The translations under genes and the position numbers were made by a program. Below, piece after piece: positions 1 through 14,451 of a stretch of DNA of 64,000 nucleotides; the stretch's first letter is position 1; each line of letters begins with the position of its first letter. The notes under the pieces are model-generated. The model ran no database searches. It worked only from the letters and a program-made list of their open reading frames with translations, and was not told where the DNA came from. Source of the stretch: Bugula neritina (lineage: Eukaryota > Animalia > Bryozoa); contig CAXIUT010000042.1 of assembly GCA_964035545.1 (NCBI GenBank), forward strand, positions 2,883 through 66,882. Reading direction: 5' to 3'.

Positions 1-198
1 TCCTGTCTAAGTTTGATAATTAACTTATTGAACTGGTTATAGATTTTGTTGTATTTTGATAAAAGTTCTGTTCAGCTAATCTTGCTTTCCAAGATTGAAG
101 TTACTAACGTATCTCATCTAACTTGCAATACACTACAAGGATAGTGATATTTGTATAAAGAAGAATGATAATACTAGGATGATTAATAATCTCTTCAT
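1..198 (-). CDS. Secreted/membrane protein, 5' part (runs off window)
   Basis: ATG at 198; MKRLLIILVLSFFFIQISLS signal-peptide-like start; no TGA down to base 1. Confidence 0.55.
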
Positions 199-310
199 TA
201 GATATTGATATTATTATATATTTTCAAACAAAATTAAGAAAGGTATGATATTTTATGATAAATAAAAAATATTGAATAGCTCAGTATAATCATTAGTAAC
301 TCAATCAAGA

Positions 311-955
311 TCATTTGTTTTGTATTGATTTTCTCATAAGACTAAACTTTTTATTTTAGGCAACAAGAGTCTCATTGTCAGGTTTTTTAAAAGGAAGAAT
401 TTCCTAAAATTGATGTTCAGTATGAATTCCATCACTGAAACAATTTTCACACAAATCATAATCATCACATTCTTTGCAATGATAACATTTGCCTTTAATT
501 GGGTCTTGTGTTATACATTAGTTGCAGAAGTAAGGTTGTCCGATGGTTTAATATTAAGGTTATTTTTGTCTTGAACGTCGAATTTATGACTCTATAACTA
601 CTGTTTTAGATGATGAAGTAGGCATAATATCTCTAGATTTTTTATATGGATCTTCTGAACCAGACATATGGACCATTAATTATCCAAAATCACTTTGATT
701 CACAGAACTATTATTATTTTACGATGTCATGACATTTGTAAGTCTTTTTTAAATAAAATCTTAAGCGAATTGAACCATTGGATGTGATCCTAGAATCCAT
801 CCGTTGCCAGAACATTCAATACAATTAAGTTTATCTTTGGGGTGATCGTAGCAACTGAAACAAGGGAAACGATCAAGAGCTGTAATTTTTCTTAGAGTGT
901 CCAGTCTAACTTGTTAGTTACTTGAATTGACAGGCTGGCTTTTTCGTCCTTGCAT
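311..955 (-). CDS. ZZ-type zinc finger protein
   Basis: 214-aa ORF under UAR=Glu; CNEC..PIKGKCYHCKECDDYDLCENCFSDGIHTEH; N-terminal CxxC..CxxC. Confidence 0.75.
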
Positions 956-1034
956 TTATTATTAGAAATAGCAAAACTATTTTCATTTAATAGTTTATGA
1001 AATATAATGTTGGAATTTAGATGTTTAATCAAGA

Positions 1035-2802
1035 TCAATCACTTTGAGCTTCTTCTAGGAATTCTCTCAGATCTGGAGGACATTCAAGTGTAGAGTCATT
1101 TTCTTTATCAAAAAGGTAGGTCATATAAATGGCTTCAATGGCATCAGAATAAACTGAAATAAAGAAACAACTGATAGTGAAGGCTACAATACCAACAACT
1201 ATTAGAATTAAAGTTGAATCTTCAACACTTTATTTGTAATGTTGAACATTTTTTATCAAAATGTAGATAAATAGAACTGTGAGGAAAGTAATTCCTAGTC
1301 TTACAAGTAAGGTAAAGATCTTTATTAGAAAAGAAGTACTGTTTGGACGATAGAAACAACTACGCTAGTTCCGATATTGGAGAATCTCAATTTGAAAGCT
1401 TCCATTCCAGATGTACAGAAATTGGTTCCTCGAATATTGATAATAGTGAAAGCTCCTGAAGTGAACCATTCAAATAACTTCTGGCAACAGCAGCAGACGC
1501 AATCACAACATCGTCTAATACAAGATTCTGCTTCATTTTATCCTTTGGGAACCAAGATTTCATAGATAATTCTGATGATGCCTAAAAGAGCTAAAAGAAA
1601 TCCTCCTTTAATAACACTTCCAATATGTTTTTTTCTGTATCTTTCGGATGCTTCACTGTAAGGTTAATCGTGATTGAAGTACCAACTAGTAGCAGCTCCT
1701 CCGATAATAAAGCTACTTGTTTCAATGAGAAACATCAAAGTCCAAATCAAGTAAAGAATATGGAATCCAAAAAGAACTTTCATTTAAGTTGTAACTTCGA
1801 AGTGTTGGAAAGGATACTGATGTTTAGCATCAATTGGTTTTCCCATCGAGTAGAATCCTAGAGCCTGAAGGACCCATAAAACCAAAAATGCAATTGTGAC
1901 GACGAAAAGGAAAATGGGTAGTAAGACGATAAGGCAGTTTTCTGAGACGAATTTAGCTGCCACTTTGATGATGATGGCTCCAAGAGCAATTCTATGCCTG
2001 AAGCAGCACACAAGCAATATGATTAAGAATGCTATTATGAAACATATAATTGCACCTATGATACTGCCAGTAGATCCAGTATTTGATCCAGTGACTGGAT
2101 TGGTTGGGGCAACAAGAAGATATACACCCAATGCTACTAGAGTGAATATGGATAAGAAAATAAGAAGGTAGATAAAGCATCCTCCACAGAATCTTATTAT
2201 TACCATAAAAATGATAGCTAATAAGATTGCGATTGGCAAACTGATCAAAATCAAAGAATAGTTTTTGATAAGTGAAGACATGCCAGCAGCAGAAGTACCA
2301 AGGGCTCCACTTATTTGATCCTTAATGGTGTCAGATGTTGGTAAACAAAGAGTGTTAGCAGCTAAATATCAAAACAGTTACTTTCACTAGAATCATATAT
2401 TTCGACAGCTTTGGTGTTATCAGAATCTGCCTTAGCTGCACAGCTAGTTACAACACTATTTGTTTTACATGCAAGAGTAGTATCTCCATTCTTCGGACAT
2501 TTTGAAACACAGACTGTTACCCATAAGGACTATGTAAGAAAGAAGTACATCTGAGTGGGGAGAGGCAAAGTAAATGTAGGGATAATCTTTGTGATCGATT
2601 CCACATCCTTTTCCATCAGGGTCATAGCCAGTGGTAACTTTGGAGAAATTACCTGAAGACCATGCATAGATGCCTATCACTAGGATGGCAAAGACAAGGC
2701 CAAAGAAGATAAAGATGCAACTACAATCAGTGCACTATCGATCATCGACTGAGTCATATTAAATTTACTTGGAACGATTTGGTCTTTATGGTGTTTACTC
2801 AT
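1035..2802 (-). CDS. Choline transporter-like (CTL/SLC44) protein
   Basis: RECTD start motif, GYDPDGKGCG, VCVSKCP, many TM helices, Cys cluster, GTNFCTS; introns 2530-2548, 2362-2381, 1320-1339. Confidence 0.88.
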
Positions 2803-3101
2803 ATTATTTGAATCAATAAAATCAATAAATCTGAATTTTTATCAAACTTATCATACTATTTTAAATTTTTTTCTTATTTATTCGATTTTTTAATAAATGG
2901 TTATTGGTCTTAGCTTTTGAAAAAATCAAATAAAACCAAAACCTTCTTTAAACCATAGAGTTGGAATAAGAAAATAAATGGGATTTCTCTGAGGTGTTAA
3001 TATCTATTGTATTAATTCAGACAGTATTTATTCAGTTTGATTTCATTAGTAAATATTGAAAATATAAGTATGAAAAAAGAATGAGAGGAATCACAGTTGA
3101 A

Positions 3102-4245
<1,144 letters not shown>

Positions 4246-6152
4246 CTAAAAACTATTTTTTATTATTAACCAAAAATTATTAATTCTAATTTTGATGACC
4301 TTTTTATAATATTTGACATTCTATTGATAAATAATTTGAGTTACATATACTTAATGAATATTTTATATTTTAAGATTTAATATATGATATTCTTGAGTAT
4401 AAATTTAATAGTTTATATATTTATGATAAATAATAATAATTTAAAGACTAACTTATGTTTTTTTGATTTCGATTGTTTTCAACCTTTCAATATTGGCAAA
4501 AATTTGAAAATTGAACACTTTTTAATTTAATTTAAGTAAATAGATTTTAAATTTCATCTTAATAACCATAATAGAGGATTTTTAAAATATGCAAAACTGT
4601 TTAAATAACAGAAACTTGCATAAATGGAATCAATAAAAAGACTTTTCTTTTTACAACTGTTTTAAAAGACTTTTTATTTTCAAAAAATAATGATTAAATT
4701 GATAAAAATAGAACTAAAAATACCATTTTGAATAAATATAAATATAGAATAAACTTTTATATAAAAAATTCTTCCTGAAAGCTGATTTTTATTGAAAAAT
4801 ACTACTTTTATAAACAAGAAGGTTCTGTCCTAATATCGAGAATTGAAACCTTTAAATTAAAAAATATTCATAAATAATAGACAAAAGATCAATTTAATAG
4901 GTCAGTTCATTGATTTTCTAAGTTTAACTCTTTTCTAAAATTTTTAAGTTGAACTTATTTATCAATATTTTTTTTTTATGAGGAAGATTTTTGATGTTAA
5001 AGCAAAGTACATTACGCCCTGAATAAAGAATATAAGTCAACTAGAAGTCCTAGTATTTATTGATAAGTGTCTCTCAAGATTATATATCCAAACAAGGATG
5101 ATAGAAGCATTGTTAGCTCCTCCTTTATTATCATAAAGAAAGACTATGAAGCAATATTAAGATTAACATCAAATAGTATGAATTTAAATTTATATCTTTA
5201 GTCTGATAACAACTTTTTTTAGTTGTTTTAAACTCAATTGATATTCGTTCAAAATTTTTAAATTTTAATTTTTTTGCAATTTGCTTTTTTTTATATTTTC
5301 TTGACTATTGATGATCTAAATCGATCATATCTAAGAGATGTGGGTAAATTATATATGTTTTGACTTTATATTAGTGATATTAGTGATGATTTTTTTATAT
5401 AAGTTTTGAATAAAAGCATTTTCTAAGACTTTTTTGAAAGATAGGTTTTATTCTTTTATTGTTTTTAATATCTTTTTTCGTTATTCTTTTGTTTTTAATT
5501 CTATTTTTTTAAATTGACTTCCACAGAGAAAATTAGCTTCTCCTCTAATGTGAACATTCTAATTGAACTTTACTGGCTATTTTACTTCATGAAGATAAAG
5601 AAGATTATTGTTACAATTATTTTTTCCATTCTCTACTTGCAAATTATTTTTCTAACAGTCCATCTTTACAACTATTTTTTATCCAGTACTGTATGAATGA
5701 CTTTTCCAATAGTTCTTTTAAATGATAGAGAATCTATATTTTGATTTATAGAAAGACGAATGATTTTTTTTTGTTGCGATAAAGAAGAAACACAAGTTTG
5801 TTGGAGATTTGAAACACTTGTTTTATTTTTAGCTGTTATAACAATCATAATTGAATCAGTTAAAATTGATAATTCAAATCAAAAGACCACTTAAAGGTAA
5901 AAACTAAAAAATGACGAGTATAATTGTTTCTTTTAGAGCTCCTATCTGCATCTTAGATAGGAAAATTTAATAATCTCTCTCGAGAAGATGAGATGATTTC
6001 AAATCTCAATTTGAAAGTCTTAGAAAAGAAAGGCTAATAGAAATAAGATACTAAGAGGATAAAGTATTTGTAAAGACTTCAACTGGTCTAAATATTCAAA
6101 TTGGAAAGTTTTAGTCTTAAGTCATTGATTTCCATTAATTGATAATAATAAA

Positions 6153-6821
6153 ATGGATCCTTATTATCACTACTATTTATTCAAGTGACCTCTCCTATCA
6201 ATTTTATCAAATTTCTTACACCAATCAAATTGTACAATCAGGATCTACGTCATTATCCTTTCAAAATCAATTACCACAGGATAGAGATTAAAATCATCCA
6301 AATACCTTAAATAACAGCAGCAGAGACTCTCTTCCTCCAACATCCGGGTCCAAAAAGAAAGACAAGAAGAAAGGAAGTATTTCTAAGGTAAAATATGACT
6401 TATTTAGAAAAATGAGGATTAGGAATTTGGATGGAGAAGTCAAAACAAAGACAGGAATATTCTATCCAATATCTTAAAAGCATTTGTGAATTACATTTCT
6501 TAAGGTCAAGGAATGAAAATTTTCATTGAATAAGTCACAAGAAGAGTCGATTTAGAAAATAGCGTTTCAGACTTTTATACTTTCTTTGATAAGCATTTTC
6601 CTATAAATAAGTCGTATTTTAGTGCTAAAGATCTAAAAAAGTTACTCAGGGATCCCAGAAAGCCAGAATCCATGATCTTGATCTTGAAGTTAGTGTTAAG
6701 AAGGTTTTATTTGACTGACTTTCCCCTAATTTTATTGAAATCAACTAAGATAAAGAAACGAAGCAAACTCTAGCAATTAAAACAAGGAAGATAACTACTT
6801 TTTAGGCTCTTCTCGAAATGA
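6153..6821 (+). CDS. Hypothetical protein (1-nt frame break near start)
   Basis: Long frame from about 6180, 20-nt intron 6388-6407, TGA 6819; ATG 6153 is one base out of frame. Confidence 0.5.
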
Positions 6822-7075
6822 TAAATTATAGATTATCATCTAAATATATTTCAGTTAAAGTCAATTTATCTTAAATCATCGATATCAATCAAGTTATCTG
6901 ACTACTCAGACAAGGCCGCAATGTTTGACGTCTATTGACTTTTATAATTAGAAGTAGGAAAAACATTTATTTTAGTGTGAATATTAAAAAGAGTCAATAC
7001 AGATCTTTCAAATAGTTTATTTTACATTCTTAATCAAATCAAGTTGATAAAAATTCATCATTTATAAAATCATCA

Positions 7076-7144
7076 GGGGTTGGGGTTGGGGTTGGGGTTG
7101 GGGTTGGGGTTGGGGTTGGGGTTGGGGTTGGGGTTGGGGTTGGG
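7076..7144 (+). repeat. Telomeric repeat tract (GGGGTT)11GGG
   Basis: Perfect G4T2 array, 69 nt. Confidence 0.97.
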
Positions 7145-7210
7145 ATTAGTTAGAATTGTCATTTTAAATATATATGATAAGATTCATTATAAAGATAGTC
7201 GTTATAAAAG

Positions 7211-8166
7211 ATGAATTTCTCAAATCATCAACCATACGAACTCGAAAGTAGTAACAGCTCTGAAAATGATCTTGATAAGTTGATTAACATTTGTAACTCA
7301 TACGGACTGAATGAGGAGTAAACTACCCAACTCATATCATAATTTAAAAGAGGAGCTCTCTTAAAGTAAGGCTCATCTTTACAAGATAGCCTTAATTAAA
7401 CTATTAGTTAGATGACCTTCAGTTAAAAAAACGAAGCGGAAGAGTATAGCTTCAAATACCAGAAGGGATCTTCATCATAAATGCCCCCTTAATTTCACAA
7501 AAAACAGTGGATTTAGATGCAAAAAAGTGGTCATCAGCTTACTAAAGAGCCAGAAAGGGGATCATTTGAAAATTTATAAAAAGTACTTCAAGAACAACTG
7601 GGAGTATAAAAAGAGTTTGTAGCAAATTTGAAAGAAGAAAATAGACAATTAAAAACTACAATTGATGAAAAGTAAGACAAGATTCAGGCATTGCTTTAGA
7701 TGAAACAACAGGATACTCAGATCATCTTAGGACTTAAAGATATTATCTCGAATTTGACAATGGCTTTACAACAAAAAGAGAATAACTTTCTTGAAATCAA
7801 CGATAAATATGTACTCTCTCATAAATATAGAATAATCTCATCGAAAGTAAAGTCAAGGAGTTGAGTGAAAATAAAGGATCAACTGATATTGAAGATCTAG
7901 CACCTCAAGATATCAGTAATGTTTTCGGACAGCAATCTAGAAATAATATTAATAAAAAAGGAAAATAAGAATAAGAGGGAAGTTAAAGTAGAATTTATAG
8001 AGAAAATAAAACACCTAAAACAACAACTAGAATAGAAAATAAAGTGAATAAGGATAAAGTATCGTATGAGGGAAATGAAATTGGTCTTAAGAAAGGAAGG
8101 CCTAATAGCCGGATTGATATCAAGAAATATAAAGAAATGATTGAAAATATGAGAAATAATTATTGA
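7211..8166 (+). CDS. Hypothetical coiled-coil protein
   Basis: Open under UAR=Glu, one 20-nt intron (gtactctctcataaatatag), E/K/Q-rich. Confidence 0.6.
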
Positions 8167-8192
8167 TTATGAAAAAATATTGACATAAACAA

Positions 8193-10699
8193 TCATTTCT
8201 TTTATTTCCTTAATGATGATAGAACACTATTAAAAAGATTAACAGAATTTTTATCATCAGAGTAAGGAACTTTTTTTCGAATTAAAAATTCATTCATCTT
8301 ACGTTCTGATTTCGTATCATCTTTGGGAAGTCCCTTTAGATAATTATTCTTAAAAATAGGCTCTATTTATTTTTATCTTTCTTCCTTTTCTTTGAACTAA
8401 AAATTTTTATTTAAAACTAACTTTATTGATCCTTTTTATGGCGATTTTACAATTTTTTATGTTTCATAAATGATTTTTCCCATTGATTGATGCCGTTTCT
8501 TGAGTTGTCCACTTGCAATAATATCAATTGGCTAAAATAATTTAGGTTGAATTTATTTTTTCTAAGATTTTTATGCTGGAAACTTGAGAGTTATTTTTTG
8601 TTTATCAAGTTTATCTGTTTTTATAGGCGTTTCATAAAGTTATCTTCTTTTTACTGGAGAGTTAGATTTTGCATTATTGAAGAAGTCTCCTAATTTTAAT
8701 TTATTTGCATCTTTTGATTGAGATTTTCTGCGAATAAGGACATTACTTCTACTAAGACTCATTGTCCCAGGTCTAATATAGCGCATCATAAGGTATTTTT
8801 TTATTACTTTATCCTCAAGAATAATGAGAGATTCTTATTCCTTTTCTGATAACTGTGAATTTTAACTATTAACTCTATCATCAAAATCAGTGTAAAATAA
8901 TTATTAAGATGCATCTCTATCTTCATTTGATTGACCACTTTCAAAAGAACTGTCTTGCTGGTGTGGAAAGTATGATTTTTATTTCATAGCTGCCTCTATA
9001 TTCATATTCTTCATTTTATCTTTGAAATAAATTTGAAGTGCTTCACAAAACTTTTATCCTAGTTCCTAGAAGTGTCGTACAGAAAAGTGGATATTATCAT
9101 GTTCTGGACCACAGAAAGAACTTTCGAGGGCATATATATCACAATGTTTAAACTATTTACTTAAGACTGTTCTACAAGTACCTTCTTCTTCTTCCATATC
9201 CAGAAAACTACAGTCTTTGAAAGAAAAAGATTTAAAGAGTTTACTCATTAATAAAGGAAATTATTTTCCTTCCCTAGGATGATGAACATCATGACAACCA
9301 TAAATAAAAGCATTTTTCTTCATTGAATGACCATGTAAATCGCAGAAAAGTACTACACTCCCTATTTCTTGAAGGTTAAGAATAAGCTTTTTTAGATAAA
9401 ACATCTATGGATGATATATTTTAGAAGGATTATCCCATTTTCGATTGAGATCATAACCAGAAATATTCGATCTATAGTTACCGTGAATCACACCATCTGG
9501 GTTTAACATAGGTATTATTTTAAATATAAAATGTTGTCTTAGCTTTTTTGCCTTTTAGTCATTTGAGATCAGAAATTAAATGATTCCATTACAGACATAA
9601 GAACTGACTGATTCTCCTGGATGAACTCGAGCTGTAATAAGGACATAAGCCTTTTCTATTTCTTGATCTAAATAACTTTAGTTGTACATGGATGACTTTA
9701 AGTAATGGTCATGATATCTACATGATTGCCAGCTGGAGTTTTACAAAGAGGTGAACGTTGACAGATATTACGAGTATGAGTATCACTTTCTATCTTAAAG
9801 AGTAAATTTTCAAGATTACTATAACTATAGGGATAACTATAAGCAAAGTAAACTTCGTCGTCATCATAACTAAATGTAAAATCCCAGCTTAAAGTGTTGA
9901 AGGGTTTATACTCAGTACTACTTTTACTATAACCATTTTAGTAGTACTGAATGTCTTATCCTCCTCGATGCCAACTTACATTCTTTTCTTAGCTTTCTCT
10001 CTTTGAATAAAGAATGATTTTCATGCCCATTTTGTAAAGATTATTGATTTTATATTGATTCAGTATTTTGAATTTGACTGTCTAATTTTTAAATGTATTT
10101 GAAACTTTGAAAAAGAACCATTGAGAATATCCATTTGTATTTATATCATTTTGCAGTAATAAGTTGTACTCAGAATCACTCACCTTAGATGCTAGTGAGA
10201 GGTTTCCACATTAAAATCGTGATTAAAAAACCAAAGTTTTATCATTTTTATTCCTAGGAGTGTAGTATGGTTTGATGGAGCTGTCAGTACTATTTTAGTC
10301 TGCAGACTTTCTTCCATTGATTTTATTGAGATCACAAGCCCAAATATTCCAATTCTCATCTATATTATCTATTTTTTTGTAACTTTCCTCATCATATTTA
10401 CGATAAACAACATTATTAAATGCCTCTCCTATCCAACTGAAGGTATAGTATTTTTAAACATTAAGAGTATTAATGGGTTTATCTAAGGGTTGAAAGTTCG
10501 GTATTATTCCAACAAAGTTCGGAAGAGGTATCATCGGCGTCAGAGATTTTGGTTTATGATTCACTGGCTTCGGTAATAACATGAGAGGAGGAGGAATTAG
10601 ATGTTTAGAAACCAACACGTCAAAAGAATCTTCCAAAGAACCAAGTTAGTTTTATTCAGGTTAAGGAGATGAACTTCTGGGATAAGGTTAAGGCTCCAT
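8193..10699 (-). CDS. Cytosolic carboxypeptidase (CCP/AGBL/Nna1, M14 tubulin deglutamylase family)
   Basis: [52 protein letters not shown]; one 20-nt intron. Confidence 0.9.
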
Positions 10700-10871
10700 T
10701 AGGAAATATATTTTTAATAACTTAACTTATTCTAGATTTTTCAATACAAACTAAAAAGAAAATAATATTTCTTTATTCTCTATATTTTCAACTTTAATTC
10801 TTAGTAATATCCAAAATTCTTAATTTATGATATAAAGCAGAACATAATTTAAATATACAAGACTTTGTTAA

Positions 10872-11574
10872 ATGTCGGTTCTATCAGTAAATTCCGTATA
10901 ATTTAGGGAACACACTATTCAAAAGTTAATCAGGCAATCATTCTTCTAAAATCTCAACTTGATCAACAATCTAAAGAATAAAATAACAAATACTAACTGA
11001 TAAACATCAAACTTAAATTTATAGAGCAACAATCACAAGAATCTAAAATCAGTTTTAATCAATACTGTAATTTTTTATTAAAGAAGAAAGGTAAACTAAT
11101 AATAAATTGACTCTTTTTGAAACTTAAACTAAAACTGCTCTCAAAGATGTATTCAATTTATATCCTAAAAATCAAGGATTAAATGATCTTATGGCAGAGC
11201 TTCATGAATTAGAAAGATGTAGAAATAATCTTGTTAAATCAGATTCCAATAGGAAGAATCTTATGATGGAACAATTAGAAAAATAAATCTAGGAGTTGGG
11301 TCATAAAATTGAATAAAAAGTATTTTAAGATCAAAATGCAATAAAATAAGTTGAAAAAGCATTCAAAAAAGATATTTAATATACTAAGAATAACATGAAA
11401 ATGAAATAATAACTTCAAAAAAATTATCTAGAAAATGAATAGATAGAAGAATTAGGTCAAGAGTTGATGAGATAAATAGGTAATCTTCGAAGTAAAAGAC
11501 TTGAAAGAAGATAGAACTTTTTAAATCTTCTCGAGACAATTTTAGTAAAATGCAAACAAAGTAGTTAAATTTGA
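10872..11574 (+). CDS. Coiled-coil protein, possibly SF-assemblin-like
   Basis: Tiny introns restore frame; C-terminus RRENFLNLLETIL; family call is a guess. Confidence 0.5.
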
Positions 11575-11600
11575 TTACTTATACTATCACTGAGTAACTT

Positions 11601-13530
11601 TCACTGTTGAGGTTATATATACTTTTTTAAATATTGTTTTTTGCGATAAATTACTATTCCAAACATAGTCACCATTGTTACAGTGTAGAGCCACACCCAA
11701 TTACGGATTCTTCTTTTTCCCATTCCTAAAATTCTGAGAATCAACTTGAATTATCCAAAACAAAAATACATTAAAAAAGCTACGAAGATTAATGTTATTT
11801 TGAACTTCTTTGTCTAAATAAATATCATCATACCTCTTCGATTATTTTAGACTCGATCAGTTCACTGATTATTTTACGAATATTTTCAACTTTTTAGAGG
11901 GTAGTTGTGGTTTATTCTTCCGCATTTAAAAAACAAATCACATTTTAAAGATATTTTTATGCTTTTTCTTGTAATTTTTTATATTGTTTGGCAATATCTT
12001 ATGCTGAAACACCAACAATCCTTCCCAATCCGGATGATGATATAGTATCTCCTTCTGATTTAAGGCGATCAATAATAGTCCCATTGGATGTTCTCATTAT
12101 GATTCTATCCCAAATTTATGATAATTATGAACCTATCTCAGCTTTGTGTTTTTATTCCATTAAATTAATAATCTTTTTGATCCTTAAACCATCAAAAACT
12201 AATTATTTTGTCTGTTTGTCTACTTCTTAGTTTAAATTTTTCTCTAGTTCTATCTTAAAAACACTTTCAAGATGTTCAAGATAATTAACATATGTTGATG
12301 TGGCTGTTTGAACTTTATCCATGAACCTTCTAGTCATTTTTGCATGCTACCAAAGTCCTTTCACAATGCTTTTGTACTTCTACTAAACTTCTTCTTTTCT
12401 TTTATTCATATTCTTTTTGAAATAAACTACATTTTCTCCTTTAGCGAGATCGATTTTTTTCTTATATTATTAATTTATTATTTTATCTTATTAGACGGGC
12501 AATAAAAAAGTCATAAAATATTTATTTTGTCGACTATCTAGTACCTTAAAAATTGACTCTATGTGTGGCTATACTTCATTTTATCGAAGATGTTTTGGTT
12601 TAAGTTCCATATAGAATAATCTAGTTTCTCGAATAGCAATTTATTTGAATCTACTATAGGTCCTAATAATTGATAAATCTTCAAGACTATCAAGCCAATT
12701 ATCCATATAGTCGATTGTTTCTTTTTTGATTCTTTAAAGAGCATAATTTCTTAAAGCATCTTCAGCTGTTCTTAGATCTATCTGGCTATCATTAGTGACT
12801 TTGTCCCATAGATTCTTAACATATACCATTCTATCTTCTTCACTATAGTTGCTCAGGTTAGATTTTCTAGTATTAGATAATATCTTTAAGAGATCTTTTG
12901 ATTCTTTCTTAAAATCTTTTTCATTTTCATAATAATGACTCATCATGAAATAGTCAAGAGTAAATCGTGTGTTTTGTTTGCGTGATTCTGCTTTGACAAT
13001 GCCCATCATATGTGAATTAAGTTACTACTTAAGAATAGATCTATCTGCATCATCAGTACAATCCCTAACGACAAAAATAATTTTTCTTTGTTGTTTTGCT
13101 ATCAATCTCTCTGAAGCCTTAATGATAGCCTTTAAAATATGGCTATGACTAGCTTCATATCTACCTATTTCATTCATCCACATATTGATAATAAGAACAT
13201 CAGAAATGGCAAGACAAAAGAGAGCCATTTGTTTTTCAAACATTTTTTCATGAGCTTATCTTTAAGAAGAATCAAACCCTTCTGTATCGATTATATTAAA
13301 TCCATTAATATTTTGGAACCAAACTCCTTTCGTACAACGTTCACGTGTTTTAGTTGTATCAAGAACAGGAAATTGAGTTCCAAAGACCTGATTGAGCAAA
13401 GTACTTTTCCCTGACGACTGGGTGCCAAATATAGCAACATTAGCGTTCGCTGCAGGGAACGATTAAACTTAAGGACTAAGTCAGTAAAAAAGTACTTAAA
13501 CTCACTGTCTTCGCGGATAATATTTATCAT
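11601..13530 (-). CDS. SEY1: Sey1/RHD3 atlastin-type ER fusion GTPase
   Basis: GTQSSGKSTLLNQVFGTQF, TKGVW, DTEG, FEKQMALF, INMW, FVVRD; C-terminal TM hairpin; two 20-nt introns. Confidence 0.88.
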
Positions 13531-13558
13531 AGTAAATAATTTTTAATGAATTCAGCTA

Positions 13559-14275
13559 TCACTGATAATATGATCCGTAGAACAATAAGTTATACGAATA
13601 TGGCATTTATCCAAAAGCCATGGGAAAAGCCATGGCTGTTGTTGGAGAAGCCTATTGTTTTAAAATTGGATCTCTTTATTCAATTTTTACATTTTCTTCA
13701 GCTTGATGATTTGAATATTGAACTTCTGCCTCTTAAACCCTTCTCTCAAGCAATTTTCTTTATTTCTATTATTCTTCTTATTAAATTTCACTTTTTCGTC
13801 TTTTCTATTCAATAAAATCATTCATATCTTACTCAGCAAGGGAGTTATCAATATTTCGAACCTAAATCAGAAAAATGTACTTGAGAGCCGATGATTTCTA
13901 GTTAATAATTTCTTCTGGCCATCCGATCACATAGATCTTCCATCATACAATCTAATTAGTCATTTCTGCAATTGAGTTTTTCTTTGATCAAACTGCTTAA
14001 ATAGAAGTCTACCTGTAAAGTTTCACATGAGAACAGCTTTTAGATAGTCTCTGCTAGAACTGGTGTTGCTCAAACAACACTCGAATGAGTCTTCCCGTTG
14101 AACCGTTATTTTCTTGAGTACCCATAGGTAGATCAATGTATTTTTTTTATTTTTGCATCTTTTTTAATTGTCTCAACATGATTTTGAGGATGAGGCGGAT
14201 CTCATTAGAAGGCATGTAACAAAAGGAACAACTAGGTTCTTTAGATTTCCAGGAAAATTTCTCTGTTTTATCCAT
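13559..14275 (-). CDS. Hypothetical protein with acidic coiled coil
   Basis: Two tiny introns; SEIEEEEEKERK run built from mixed GAA/TAA/TAG. Confidence 0.55.
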
Positions 14276-14451
14276 ATTTTCTTCTAAAGTATAATCCCAG
14301 TAATCATATTTGCTAATAACTTCCCTTCTAAGATTATTAGTAAGGAAAAAAATAATAGATAGGATTAGTTATGTAAAAATAAATGCTTGAGAAATTGATC
14401 TTTTTTCTATTCTGAATTCGATGTGGATAATGATTTATAATTTAAAATTGA

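Noticed and set aside
5911-5991. Stop-less code with TGA=Trp
   Set aside because: All conserved Trp seen are TGG, no internal TGA occurs in conserved domains, and TGA ends proteins at expected C-termini (EB1, PKA-like, VPS25)
7030-7075. Conserved chromosome-breakage motif upstream of telomeres (ATCAAGTT at tracts 1 and 2)
   Set aside because: Different spacing, absent at tracts 3 and 4, and ATCAAG is common in 3' spacers
11900-12250. Apparent frameshifts in Sey1 and the B-box-LRR gene
   Set aside because: Resolved by careful homopolymer counting and 20-nt introns
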